From Intoshia linei (taxonomy: Eukaryota > Animalia > Orthonectida), in contig LWCA01000049.1 in the NCBI GenBank assembly GCA_001642005.1, positions 3,167 through 67,166 on the forward strand: a stretch of DNA of 64,000 nt, written 5' to 3'. The position numbers and the translations under genes were made by a program. The first letter of the stretch is position 1. Each line of letters starts with the position of its first letter. This document shows, one piece after another, positions 30,946 to 46,600 of the stretch. The notes under the pieces are model-generated. The model was not told the DNA's origin. It saw only the letters and a program-made list of their open reading frames with translations, and did not search any database.

Positions 30946-31621
30946 TAATTTTAATATTATTGCATTAATAGTAAAAATTTCTAATTAATATCTATTAAAA
31001 ATTAGATAAATACGTTATACATTATCTCCTAATTAGTAAAAAATGACTTTATATGTACGATGGTGATTAAAAAATTAAAATTATTAAATTAAAAGATTCT
31101 AGAGCTTAAGAAATAATATTTTTATTAACGGAATTTTTGTTTCATACAAATTCGTTAAGAAAAAATAATTAATTCAAGATTCCGTTAAAATGGAATTACC
31201 GCTAACAAAAATTCTGTTAATATAGGCTTAAAGTTTAAGTCTTAGACTGTAAAATTAATTTAAAAAAACTTATATCTTCAAGGCAAAAACCTCAAATTAG
31301 CCATAATTTTCGAAAAACAAAAAATAAATAACCTCAGAATTTTAAAATGAGCACATTTAATACAGCCTTTTCCAGTTAACATAAATTTCAATGTCAAAGT
31401 TAAACCTTCAGTCAAAAAAGTGATTTACTCTTTATTCTCTTATTTTTATTACAATTTTAAAAACCAACATAATTCTGGTTTTTGATCATCAAAGTTTAAA
31501 TTTTGGATATAGAAATTGATGACTGCATTATCCTTAAAAATCTGGATGAGATGTATTGGTTTTTTAAAAAAATGTTCAATTTGGTATTTTGGTTTTTAAA
31601 ATAAAAATAAACATTTAATAA

Positions 31622-34600
31622 TCAAATTAAAGTTAAAGATGAAGGAGAAGTGGGTGGACCGTTCCATTTATCGATAAAAGTCATAACATTTTGACATTCA
31701 TCGCTTTTGGAAACCTAAATTATAAAAATAAAATTTATCTACACTCATCTAAAACCTTTGCATTCATGACGTATTTATTCCAATCATCTTTATTTGCCAT
31801 ATTTGAACTATTTTTGAATTTAATGGCTGAATGTTCAAGTGGGTAACCTATAGAATGAAATATTTATATATAAAAAATGTTAAAATAAAAATTACCGGAA
31901 ATTATACAAGCATCCGTAAATTTCGAATTCTGAGGTAAAGTACTTTCAAATTTGTTATTTGCCTCAACTGGTAAGGTTTGTTCGATATTTGTATTAATGG
32001 ATGTAGCTAGAAGCCATTCTCGAATAGATTCAACAGTTGTATCTGAACAGTAACATTTCGTGGGAATTTTAGATTCGCACATAAAATCAGTCTTACTGGT
32101 GAATTCGGAAATATCCAAAAAATTTTTATTTGATGCCTCAATTATAGCCTATAAAATTATGAAATAAAATTGTTGTACAATGAATAAAAACCTCAGATAT
32201 ATCGACAAAATGATTCAATAAAACAAAAGCTACATTTTCCACTCCAGCTGCCTATTAGATTATTAATGTATATTAACATATGTATGTAAATACTAAATTT
32301 TTTATTCACCTTGCAAATTGATCCAGCGTCATAAAATGCTTTATCTTGTGGTATTATATCACAAAATCGGAGACAAGCCAAGGAAAGCTTTGCTGCCAAT
32401 TTCATTCCTTGAGCTTGATCCATGCAGGTTGCACGAATTGCTCCGTAATGTGAAACGAGAAAATATGGTTCAAAAATTTTGTTTATATTTGTAATGCTTG
32501 AAGAACTCAATATTTCTTTAGATTCTTGGCTCCAATCCGTAGATGTATACAATTTAAAAAATAACGTTCTTAAAGCTGCCCAAATTCCATAATTTTTTAA
32601 TTCAACTTTTTCAATTATATTTGCAAAAATTGCTTTATATAATTTAATGTTCTAAGAAAATTTTAGCTTAGTTTTTATTAATTTTAGGTTTTTATTATTC
32701 CGTACCTCTGTCATGGTTACTATTCCATATTTGCAAAATACCATAAGTGATTCTATTCCATCTTCTTTTTCTATTAATGAATTGGCACAAATTGTTATGT
32801 ATTGTCCCAACATATGCTTGCCCTAGAAAATGTAATAAAATACTTACTCCTATAATCATTTTGTCCTGACAATTGACCAAAAGTTTGTTGTGGGGGATTT
32901 GATTCAATTTATCATTTATGAAAAATATAAAAATTATATATTCGGTTGTGACTCATTTTGATAATAGGTTACATTTTACGTCTGAGCAATTGTAATTATT
33001 TGAGATGCTAACTTTTTTGGTCACTAGAGTCTGATGCGATAATTTTAAAAAAATAACCATTCTTTCGGCTAATTTAAAACACTTGTCCCATTGACCATTA
33101 GAAGCGTATACTTTTACTGCAGCTTCAGGGTCCACTTCCACTAACTATTTTAAAATATATCGAGTATTTAAATTTATTACCTGATCAACCTTTCCAGCAT
33201 TAACTAAACTTTTTTTGAATTTTGTTTCAATTAATTCATGTAGTCTATATTATGAAATGTATACAATCATTAATATTATATGTGTATTATTACATGTAGT
33301 GAATATTAATAATATTACTTTAGATCTATATTTGCAGCTAATTTAAGAGCTCTTTCCCAATGCTTTCCATCAACTAGAGCGAAAATTGCTTTTTTATGAA
33401 GACCTAATGATAGATAAACTTCACTTGCCTGAAAATTATGTATTAAAACCAGTTATATAAAATGTATATTATTATAATACGTGTACATCAGATTTTCTAC
33501 TTTTTTATTAGAAAAAGCCATTTTAGATGTTAAAATTTTGAAATAAGTTAATATTTACCCTTCAGCAAATGCAATAATTGAAACTAATGCAAATAGCCAT
33601 AGAAGCTATGATATTTACAGTGCGCGACAGTGCATTCTGATTATAATCGTGAGAATGCAATTATCAAAGTCACTCATCGCTTTAATTAATTAAAAGATGT
33701 CACTATATCTTTTGTGGGTAAAAATATGTATATCGTTAGAATCACAAAAATTAGCATTGTCATCTACCTCGTTTAGGTTTTATTTTATCGATGTTTAAAA
33801 TTCTCATCCTAACTTAAATAAAAGGCTACGCGATTTTTGTTTGTGTGTCTGTCTGTGTGTGTGTTCAACTTTATTTAAATAACTACTCCTCTTAAAATTT
33901 TTTAAAGACAACATTTCAATTACAGTTTTTTTCGAAACGTATATTAAGATAAATTTCAACCTCTCAATATCACATCTTACGGGTCAAAAACCCCAGTTGT
34001 CCCTCTTTTTAAAAATCAAACGAGTTGGAGAATTTAAAAAGATATATAAGCTGATGCGGACTTTAAAATCATGAACATTATCCTACAATTAAATGTAAAA
34101 AAAATTATATCTTCAGAGGCAAAACCACAAATTACCCTTATTTTTTTAATGAAAACAGCCCTAAAATTTCAAAAAATGTACAGTTGTATCCTGTTAACAC
34201 ACACAGACAATTTCAATCCGAATAAGTGACGACTTAATGGTCAAAAAAGCATTTTAGTATTCATATTTTTTTTTCGAAATATTTTATTAAAAAACAAAAA
34301 ATGTAATTAACTGTCCGAAAATTAAAAAAAAAGATTATTCTGATAGAACTTATTCTAGTTAATATAAATACAATTTTTCAACCGCAGAAATCTACTCATT
34401 CCCGGTGAAAAATAATTTTTAATATATTATCAACTACATATACTAAGTAATATATTTTCAAAACATTTTTATTAAAACATTCAAATTTAAATAAGAAACT
34501 AAACAACGAAACTAAAAAAACTTTGTTAATATCATTTTTATATTACAATCCTTTGCAATAATGGTAAAGTTCGACTGAAATGTTTATAAAGTAGATTCAG

Positions 34601-37600
34601 TTAATTATTGATACACAATTGATATTTTTAAGTATTTATTAAATTGGTACTGAATATATGTCATCACATTGAAAATGACAAAATAGATTTTTATAATTTT
34701 ATTTTTTCTGGAATTTATGCTATTTTGACAAAATTTTTAATTACTGTTTTTACTTTATTTTTAATATTATACAGTGTATAATATAATATACACACATTCT
34801 GTCTAATAAATTAAAAATATGGGATAACAATTTTTTTTAAAATTCTTTACGCAAATGTTAACAAACAAAAAATTAAGATGGAATAATATTCACTTTAAAA
34901 TAAAAAAGTAATGTGATATAAGATGGTTCCACCTGAAACAAATTTAAGAACGACTACTTTAAAGGATTGATAATAGTGAATAGCAGGATTTTTAAGTTAG
35001 ATTCTCAACATGAATTTATTTTTTTGTTATAATAAAAATGTGCCCTCGGCAGAGCTAGGTGCTGTTTGTACGTAGTACTTAAGAGTCAAGCTAGTTATTT
35101 TATAAAAATGATCATTTTTCATTAATAAACATTTTCATAAAAAACAAAAATAAATGAGGTAGAATTGAATTTAAAGATGTAAAGTAAACAACCAAACATG
35201 ACGATCAACACAAGACCACTCAAAACATGGCTACAATATTCCCTCATAACATTCCATTAAATAAAGTTATATTTTAGTTTTTGTAGAACATATTTGTGTA
35301 TGAAATTTTTAAAATGACAAGCTTTTCGGCAAAAAAAATCTCCAAAATCATTTTTTTTAGTGTAGCCATAAAATTTCCAAAAAAACTACTAAAATTCACA
35401 CCCCTAGTGTATGTTATATTTAAATTTACATTAAGTTGTTTTCCAATGCCGATTAACTTTGTTGCAACTAATTCAGATATACGAGTCGATTCAGATGAGC
35501 CCAAAAATTTTAATGACAATTCTCTCGCCTAAAAAAAGAATAAAATATTAAATGTAAATATAATTGATTATGATAATAATATAAGATATACAATAATTTT
35601 TAACTTAATTATGTAATAAAATAAATGTTACCCTATTCCAAACTTTAATTAGCAAATTAGTATCACTTGTATGTTCTTTGGTAAGTTTCATAAACGTTGA
35701 AACAGCTTCAGTGTACTGACCTGATGATTCGTATATTCTAGCTTGTTTAATAATTTTTTCGGCTCCAATTTGTTTTCCAGCGGAAGCCATGTACTCCTCA
35801 TACTTTCTTTCCAACATTGTCATTTTATTTGGTAAGTATTCCTTACACAAACGTAATGCATCTTCCCACATTTCAGCTTCCTGGTACATTTCTATACAAA
35901 TGTTTACCATTTTTGCACGTAAAAACAATGCTTCTCCCTGACTGTAATTTTTCTGTGCAAACATTAGTTTTGCTTCACCTATCAAAACATCACCTAATGT
36001 CTCTGGTACATATTTTTCGGCTACCTCTCTAGCACTAGTCCAATCTTTAGCTTGCAAATACCTAAAATAAAAAATAATAAAATAAATGTAACCAATCTCC
36101 AGTTCCCATCAATTGTAAAAAATACATTAAAACTGCTTCTTTGGGTTTTCCAGCTTCAATGAATTTTTCTTCGGCTTCTTTATATTGTTTTTCATCTTCA
36201 AAAAATAAAGCATGCTTATGTTTGATTGTATTTAATTTATCTACCATATCATCTGTAATTAGCTCATAGGCCATGTCAAAATCACTAATATATTATTAAT
36301 AATAAAATAATTTACTTATACAGTCAGACTTATAGATAGTGAACATTTGGTTCCGAATTTTTTTAATGTTCACTATAAAAAAATAATGAACAATAAAAAT
36401 GACAGTGAAATGAAACATTATTAATCATAAATCTAAGTTTATTTTCTAATTTTCAAGTTAGTATAGTGATATCAGTTAAGTTCACTATCTAAAGGGTTTA
36501 CTATCAACAAGTCTGACTGTATTTATTTACTTATTCGTGCAGGCATGATTAATGGCAATTTCAAGACAATCGTAGTGATCCAGCAACTTTTTAGCAGTAC
36601 TAGATCCTACGGCTTTTGCCCATGCATATGCCACTTTAGCTTGAGCATTAATGGGAGCGTGTTCTTTAGATATTCGATATGCGTCTTCCCAGCGATTTTT
36701 ATTTCTGTACATTTTTATAGCATTGGGCCAATCGGAAACTTCAATCAACAATTTTTCAGCTTCCAACAATCTGCCACTTCTTTCATAATCTTTAGCCAAA
36801 TGTTTTTGAGTATCAACGTACTTATCCGGAAAATATTGCTTAACCAAACGAACCATCTCTTTGTACATGTTGCGTTTCTTGTACATTATTATTGCTTTAG
36901 CAGGTTGTTCCATTTCAACGTACAAATTTTCTGCTTCTTTATATTTTTCAGAATTTTCCATTAATTCAGCTTGTTTAGAGTACATTTCTATCAGTTCATT
37001 CTTTTCCATATAACTAGATGCAATTCTGTGAGCATCAGACCAACGTTCAGATTCTTGATACATTTTAACTACATTTAATGCGTCTCCAATGTCCAGATAT
37101 AGTTTTTCAGCAGTATCAAATTCTTGAATGCTTTGAAAATAATTTGCCAATAACAAAAAGTGCGTTTTTGAATTTTTGTAGTCTTTATTTATCTGAATAA
37201 TTGAAAGGGATTTATTCCATTGTTTGGCTTTAATTGATGATTCAACTGCCTTAAAAGAGTTTCTAAAATAAATGTTTTAATTAAAAAAAATTGATATTTT
37301 TGATTCCATATCGTTTAAATTTTTTTGATACTTTACTTATATCGATTTAAATTTGATAAACATGGGCGTCTGTAAGTGTAACCAATGGTTACTTTCTTTT
37401 ACTTATATAAAATTGAATGTCTGTGTGTGTTACCGTTTATTTAACAAATTAGCAGTCGTAGAATTTCACAAAACCAAATTCTTATATAGTTTTTCTCAGG
37501 CGATGTTTATAGATAAGTTTCATTTTCCGAATGTAAGTCCTTCAGAGTCAAAACCTAATTCGCCATTTTTGTTGAAAATAAAATCAGCCCAAAATTCCGG

Positions 37601-40600
37601 AACGGGTTTTAATATTGTTAACATTTTAGTAAATTTCAGCCTTAGAAACGCACTCCTTCATAATCAAAACCACAAATGATATTTTTTTATAAAATAAAAT
37701 ATGTCCTAAAATTGTACACAACATAATTTCTTTTATAGTTTTTAAAATGATAAGCATGATCATAAATCACAACCTCAAAGAAGTACATTTCACGATCAAA
37801 ACCCAAGATTACCCTTTTTTTAAATAATGATAACAGTCCTACAATTTTAAAAATAATTAAAAATGATAGTTATATCCAGTTCACACTCACAAAAAATGTC
37901 CATCTGACAAAGTGACGTATTAATTATTAAAAAAGCACGGCAGTATTATTTTTTTATTTCGAAACTATTTTATTAAATCAACAAAAATTTGAACTAATTT
38001 ATTGTCCTACTATTAAAAAAAAAGATTATTCTGATACAGTTTATTCCAGTTGATATAAATACAAATTTCAACCTCAGAAAGCTACGCTCTTTCGGTCAAA
38101 AATAACTTTTAATATATTATCAATCAATATTTTTCAAAATTTTTGATTAAAAATTTGTAAAATTAAAATTGAAAATGTGTAAATACTCATCCTACAATTT
38201 CAAAAAAAATGTGAATTGGACGTCTCCACATTTCCAATAAAGAAATATAAGTATAAATCTCATAAATTCACTCCTTCGGTTTTTTTATGATTACTACGCA
38301 ATTTTTCACTTTCAAAAAGTTTACAATCAGTTGAAATATAACTTTGTTATTACACGTTTATATTTATCTTAATGTTGGTATAATTCAGTAAAACTTTCCA
38401 TCATTAAAAAGTAATATTAATGTTTAATGTTTAAAAGCTCACAGCCACTCAAAACTGATGAATATGCCCCCAAAAAAATTTAGAAAATCAACAAATTTTA
38501 GTATCATATAAACCATCTACCAGTCCATAACTCTTAAATAATATTTAAAATTTATTTATGATATTCAATAAAATAATTTTTTAATGCTTGAATTGTAAAA
38601 ATCCGGGCCTATTTTACAAAAATTTCGTTGATGCCCTTTAAGAGGTTTGTGGTACAATAAGTACGGTACTGTCGATAGATTTAACGCATAAATGTAACAT
38701 TTAAAATTTTCCTGTAAAATGATACCAAAATTTTTAAATTGAAGTGTACCTAAAAAACATTTATTAAAAATGCAGAAAAGTAATTTATAATTTCTTATAA
38801 ATTATAATAGGTAATTCCTATGAATAAAACTTTGAATTGACCCTGTTATAATGAACCAAAATGAAACACGAAAATAATCACTTATATGATCTACTAAAAT
38901 AATCATAATTTACCCAGCTTCAATATAATGATTTATAGCTTCGTCATACTGTTTTTCTGTGAAAAGATGATCACCCCATTTTTCTTCCATTTTTGTAACA
39001 TTCTCTGGTTCAATTTTTCTGCATAATTCTATAGCTCGTCTGAAAATTTTTCCTTTTTTATAACAAGACATTGCTTCCGATGCTCTATCACATTTTTCCA
39101 ATAATTCTCCCGCACGTTGATAACATTCCGATTTTATTAATGCCGAACATAATCGGTCCAACAAAGATTGATCTTCATCTAGCATTTGCAAGTTTTGCAT
39201 CAGTATCATTGCAGCTCTAGATGGTCTATTTGCTTTCATGAATAGATTTAAAGCTCCTTTTAAATCTCCAAATTTTGATAATAAATCACCTGCTTTATCT
39301 TTTTGATTATTTGCAACGAGCCAATTATAGTAGTCCTTTTGCAAAGTTTCCAATCTGGGATGTGACTATTTAAAGGTAAATGGAGTATTTTAAAAAATCA
39401 AAATATGAAAAAATAATATATTCAACTTTTTTTAAGAAATAAAAGGTAATTTTGTAACCATTATTAAGAAAAGTTTATACAATATCCTTAATATTCAGAA
39501 CTTGAGAATAAATTATATTTTTTACTACATATCCTTACTTATCCTTACTTATATTTAATATTATAATATGCTACAAAATATTTGTTTGTGTATGTGTTCC
39601 ACTTTATTTCAATAACTACAAGTCTTAGAATTTTATATAGTCCACATTTCAATACAGTTGTTTCCTGGACATATAATAAGATAAATTTTAACCTCTCAAA
39701 CTCAAATCTTACAGGTGAAAAACCCCAATTGTCTTTTTTTTGAAAATCAAACGAGTTGGAGAATTTAAAAAAATATATACGCTGATGCGGACTTTAAAAT
39801 TATAAACATTATTATAAATTTAAATTGAATTAAATTATATCTTCCATGCCAAAACCCTAAATTACCCTTCTTTTTTAATGAAAACAGAATTTAAAAACAT
39901 TTTACAGGTCGTACAGTTGTATCCTGTTAACACACAAAAAAATTTCAATCCGAATAAGTGACGACTTAATGGTCAAAAAAGCATTTTAGTATTCATATAT
40001 TTTTTTTCCGAAATATTTTATTAAAACAAAAAATGTGAATAATTTACAGGTCCGAAAATTAAAAAAAAAAATTATTCTGATAGAACTTATTCCAGTTGAT
40101 ATAAATTCGAAAATTTAAAAAAATGATTATTCTGATAGAGCTTATTCCAGTTGATATAAATACAAAAGTTCAACCCGAGAAATCTACGCATTCCCAGTGA
40201 AGAATAATTTTTAATGTATTATCAACCAATATTTTTCAAATATTTCGATTAATATAAAAATTGAAAATATAAATATTGATCCTACAATTTCAAAAAAAAT
40301 GTGCATTCAACGTCTACACATTTTAAATATAGAAATATGTGTGAAAATCTATATAATTCAATCCTTCGCAACTTTTAAATTTTAAATTCTCATTTTCAAA
40401 ACATTTTGTTTTAAATTTAAACTACAACAACGAAACTAAAAGTAATACAACTTTGTTATTATCATTTTTATATTCGCCTGAAATATGTTTATAAAGTGAA
40501 GTTATATTATAATGTTATTATATTATATTATAAAGCATTATATAATATACAAAGTTTGGATCGTGTTTCGTTACATTACTGATTATATAAGCAATAATAA

Positions 40601-43600
40601 GAATAAGCCTTATTCGATTAACCCATTTAGACTAATCAATTAAACTAAATTAAACTAATCAAACCTTAAATTTTGCAATGTCAATTGCTTCTGTCCATTT
40701 GTCCATCTTTAAATATAAATCAATAATTCCATCAACATTATTCTAAATTGGTAAATTAATTATAATAGAAAATTTCGTTGAATTTACATTTTCTAAATAA
40801 ATCTGCTCGGTTAATTTCAAATTATTATCAAATAATGCAACTCTAGCTTTAATTTTGTAATCATTCATATTCAGTTCTCCCTAATAATAAATATGGAATT
40901 ACTCACTAAACATGTAATTTTAGTACATAATTTTTTAGAGAAAGACAAATCGTTTCAAAAAGAAAATCTGCTCTAGGCCAATCCTCGAGGGCAGAATAGC
41001 ATCTAAATATAAATTTGAATGAAATTTAAATGAAACAACCTCCACGTTATAAACAATTGACCATTTTTTAAAGATAATTCAGCAAGCTTACGCCACAAAG
41101 GTGTAAAACTTTGTAATGTATTTTGAGTCAATGTTTTTTCTTTATTATTTTCTTTCGCTTCCAAAAATCTGACAGCTCTATTTAAATCAGAATCTTCTAT
41201 CGCAGTTCCAAATTCAACTAGTCCATCGTCCAGTGGATAGGAATGGGTATCTATATGGTATACATTATGGTAAAATATTGCATTCATTAATTTTATTATA
41301 TCATACCTTGTTGGGTTGGACCAGATGAGGTAATAACGGAAACGACGTTATTTTCACTATATTTCAATTCTACCACATCACCTTTTATAGGAATAGTAAC
41401 ATAATGATCTGGTGTGTCTATATTATACCAAATACAAATAGAAGCATGTGTTTGGGCAACAATAACATCACTCCCTTTTACCCAATTCACCCAAGAACAA
41501 TAATTCAACAATGGAAAAATCAAAGTGTCACTGAAAACAGATCCCTTTACATCTTTAACTTCATCGTATGGTATTTTGTACAGGTTAAGGTGCAGCATTT
41601 TATCCAAGAACAAAACGTAGCGGCAAGTTTCATTTATAACTAACCATCTTATTTTGGAACTGTGTTCGTATTGGGTAACGGTATTATTATCCACCAAGTC
41701 AATTATAGCGAAAGTGGTTTTATCCACCATATATCCCATTATTTTTACGGCGCTGTCGTTGACCAGCATCCTCTTTTCATTTATTCTTATACTAAATATT
41801 TTATTTTAAACAATAAAATTAGAATTATTAATATTATTTTATATTGTTCAGTAGGGTGATCAAAATCAAGTAAATTATTACACATATAATTATTTAACAC
41901 GTACGTACCATGTAAATTAGTACGCATACAAAAAAATCAGACTTAACTTTTCCTAACTCACTTCTTAAGACTTAAGTCAATAATTAATGAAATATGTATA
42001 AGTCATCGGGCCTTATTCGTCATTCTAATTTAAGATTAAAAAGAAATTTGTTAACTGGTATTCGTTGTACGCCTCGGATATAAATCAATTTTTTTATATT
42101 AGTCAATTAAATTTAATTTAATACAATTAATCGCTGCGCAACCTGCTAATTTTGATTGGCGCACAAGTGCACCAAGAATCATCCATTTAGAAACCCTGAT
42201 GTACATTATACTTTTAATGATTGTGATAAAAACTAACTGCAACAATTACCTCAATAAATCATGATGTAAAAATTCAGTTCTGACTGATCCCAAAATCTCT
42301 TCCTTATTAAATTCTAGCAAAATAAGTTCTCCGCTTGTATATACCATAAATACCTATAATAAAATGACTAATTTGTACATCATTGAATACCGCATCATTG
42401 TGATAAATATATTTTTCATCATCTGCATTTAGCCATGGAACCTTTAATAATATTTAATTCATATATCATTATTAATAGGATTACTACGTAATGTAGATAT
42501 TATAACTACTTGTATGTACTGTAAACTCTCGAAAAGTGATCACTTTTTTGGGTAACTGGTTAATTTTTAATGGAGGTGGTCATTTTTTCCAATAGAGTTA
42601 AAATTACAATATTAATATAGTTACAATATTTATTTAACAATATAAAATTGATGAAACATACAGCGATAAATTATCTACGAGTATTGTTTATTAGGCGACC
42701 CCGAAAATATATTAGAAATAGATGTAGTTTGTAATATTCACATTAATATTTATTTTTTTATGTAGTGATATATCACTATCATACTAATCGAGATTCGAAT
42801 ACAGTAAAACCTTCGTTACTCGTTCATTCTGTTATTCATCAATACCATTTTTCGTACGGTTAATGTATATTTATATAGTGCTAGTGTAGTCAAATTCTGT
42901 AATTCGCCCGATTCCGTTATTCACCCAAAATTTTTCATATTTTAAATAGTACATTTTAATTTTTTAAACCAATTAATATAAACGCCAACTAATATTAGGA
43001 TTATATTTGATCTTATTAACTTAATTTAACTTTATTAATTAATAATAACCCACTTTGATAATATTATATTATATTATATTGTACAGTCTAAGTCAGTGGC
43101 TTTTAACCTTTTTGTGTTCGCGACCCAAAAATTTTCAGAATGTAAAAATATTTCCGTAACATAATAATAAATTATGTGTCATTAATAAATTAAAATAAAA
43201 AAAATAAATAAATGTATTCATAAAATTTTCAAATTCTCACGACCCCCTAATAAATTTCGCAACCTCCTGGTTGAAAAGCACTGGTCTAAGTCCTTATTAA
43301 CAAAATTGAAAATTACGTAATTCCGTTAATACAAAATTTTTCCATAGTAACAGTCTTCATAACGGAATTTAATTTTTTTAAATGAAAACCATTAAATGGT
43401 AATATTTCTTGTTATTCTGAGTGGTTGAGTAATACATGACTAAGTAATATAAAAAACATTATCAACGGGGTCCACAGCAGTTTTTTGGGGTCCATGAAAA
43501 ATTATATCAATTTTAAATTATTTTCAGAAACAAAATAAAGTTAAAAATGATATTTCCTCAATGATAGTAATTGTTTATAATTAAATCCATCTAATTAAAT

Positions 43601-46600
43601 ATCTATTAAAAATTCCATAAAAAATGTAATAAATTAACTTCTCATTATTAAAAACATTAGTCTATATTTATGATAGTCATTAAAAATAGTTTCTGGAGCT
43701 TTAAATATAAAATTTTTATTAACGGAATTTTTGGTTCATACAAATTCGTTAAAATAAAATAAATAATTCAAAATTCCGTTAAAGTGGAATTTTTCCGCTA
43801 ACAAAAATTAAGTTAATAAGGACTGTATTGACTGTATTATATTTTAATTCTAAATTTATTTGTCATAGAAACTAGTATTATTATAAAATCTAAAAAAGTG
43901 GTCACTTTTCGAATGTCTACTGTAATACAGAATTTGGCAACTGGTTACCCTTTTACAATTTTTCAATTCGTAATTATTTTTTTAAATTCTAGACCAAAGG
44001 TTCCCACGTTTTTTTCACAGCGGACCGGTAATAAATTATAAAATTTATCGAGGACCATTAAATGGCAATTACTAGACAACATAAAAAAAATTTGATAAAA
44101 AACATCATAAATTAACTTTTAATTAGTAAAAAATTTTCACGGACTGTTCACGGACTGTTCCGTGACCGGCATTTGGGAAACGCTGTTTTAGACTGTTATT
44201 TTTTTTATTTTATAAAATAATGGATAATTTTTCAACGTTGTTAAAATTGGTTAATAATGGGTTTGCCTTGTAAAGATACGTTTTGAGGTTGAAATGGATA
44301 ATTATAATGTTCATTATTATAAAATCTGTATCATAAGACACATTTTTCAAAATTCTATGAGTCTTTAAATTTTAAAAAAAGATACTTGGGATTTGACCCT
44401 AAAGGACTAAATTTCTGAAAATAAATTTTGCGATAAAACCTAGCCTTCGATTCGCCTCGAAAATTGTATTATAAATTGGTGTTTATAAATTCTACCCATC
44501 TTACTTTCGTAAATAAACTAGACACAGAAACAAACATACCTACATTTTTAGTAATTAGTAATTTTCTAATGCGATCAAACTAATTTGATACATTAACAAC
44601 TTAGAGGGGGATTTTGAAATTGGTTGAGAAAATTTACCTCTGAATTAGATCAATAATAAACCATCTATAATTGAATCTGGTGTACATAATTTTTTCATTA
44701 AAAATAGGTCGATCATGAGTCATGAATCATGAAAAAATGTTAATAAGCCCTGGTTTAATTACTAGACATAACAGTATCTAATAAATAATTTGTATCAATT
44801 TAATTGGATTAATCTCTTTATTTTTTATATACGTAAGTGATATAAATGTACATGCGATTTACACACGATTTTTTCAGGTAAATGGTTAATTCCTAAAAAC
44901 AGTTACCGAGCTCTGACATAGTATAATATTTAATATAATGAATATTATTTTATGCAATAATTACTTCTAATAGTCGTTTTAGAACAATATCAACGACAAT
45001 AAGAGTTTCACTGGTGTGCGCCACAATATACCTTTCACCGGGGCAGGGTTTAATATCATCGATAGCTGATTCATATCGTGATTTAATGATTATACGATCG
45101 TTGGCATCACCAACCTTGTTGAGTCCTATTGGTTGCACTAATACTTGCGTAACTCCAACATATGTAATTTCAAGTTTGTTTCTGTAATTAAGACGTTTCA
45201 AACAACAGTCAATAACTTCAACAGCTCCACACAATGTCCCCTAAATCAAATTATAATCCTAATCTATCTTTTAAATTGTATCCAGGTAGATATTAAAAGT
45301 TTACATTTTGGTATGTGTTACAATATAAAATTGATAGTGTTTGAACATTTGAATAATGGGGTATTGTAATTATAATGTGCTTTAAAATATCATGAATGCT
45401 AAAATTTTAAATTTTTCTAACATACAATTGTACATTGTATAATATGATGGACATTTATCTGTCTTTTTCACTATTATCGATTTTATTAACTTTTTTGATG
45501 ACTCCCTCCCTCCATAACCAAATTATGAGTATGAGAATCTGGGCACAATGTGTGAATCGTGCTCAGTTCTAAAATAGTTTCAAAGTCCTCAGAACCTTCT
45601 TTATAAAAAACTATTAAACTATTAGAATGGTGTATGATGGTAATTCTTTTAAAACATTGCATCCTTTCAAGGGATAAGAAGTTACTAATAATAAACCGTT
45701 TGTATTAATTACAATTATTATTATTTATTAATTACTCTGAAGCAATATATAAATTACTATTATTATTTTTGAATCATCAGGTTTCCACACCAAAGCACTA
45801 ATTGTGTATAAATTTTCAATGTACTTTTCAATTTCTTCGTTCCACATACCACGTCGTGAACTCCAAGTAAAGAGTCTGATTCTATTGTAACTACCAACAA
45901 CAAATGTTTGGCCTGAATTTGATAATTTACCAACCTTAAATGATTTAAATTAAATGACTAAATTAAAATTTAAAATATAAAAATCTTAAAATATGTATAT
46001 TTCGAATGGATAGTGTTTTTTAAAGGATGACTTCTTATTACAACTATGTGAAAATCCAAAATTACCTTTTTTTTAAAATAAAATAATTCTACAAAGAATG
46101 TAGAATTAAACAAAAACATCCATCCCGCAACGCGTTTCAAAATCATTAACATTTTTGTAAATCTCAACTTCAGTAACGAACATCTTCATCATCGAAACCA
46201 TAAATTACCCTTTTTTTAGAAATTAAAACAAACATAAAATTTAATGTAATTTTCAATAACCAACGCATTGAAATGGTCTTAGAATTTAAAAAAAAATTAG
46301 TCTAATTTAGTTTATTCCAGAATAAGGTTTGCAACCAATCCTTTAAAGGATTAGCTATAGTGAATAGTAGTAATGATATTTAAGATTTTATTATTGAAAT
46401 TATTTTTAGGCACAATTAAAAAAGTCCCATCTCTCCATAACTAAATTCTGTTTGTACAAAGTATATGAGTATTTTTAAGTAAAAATAATTAAATAAGCTT
46501 TTCTCTTTTTTTAAATTACTGAAAATGCACATTCATCAACTTGCTTTGAATAATCAAATGTTTGAATTGGTGTTCCATCTTCAGAATAGGCAACGATTCT

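Noticed and set aside
37353-37679. 108-aa ORF and other short ORFs (29898-30089, 48697-48894, 53280-53471) within the Helitron-like repeats
   Set aside because: The frames are not conserved between copies and contain no Rep/helicase motifs.
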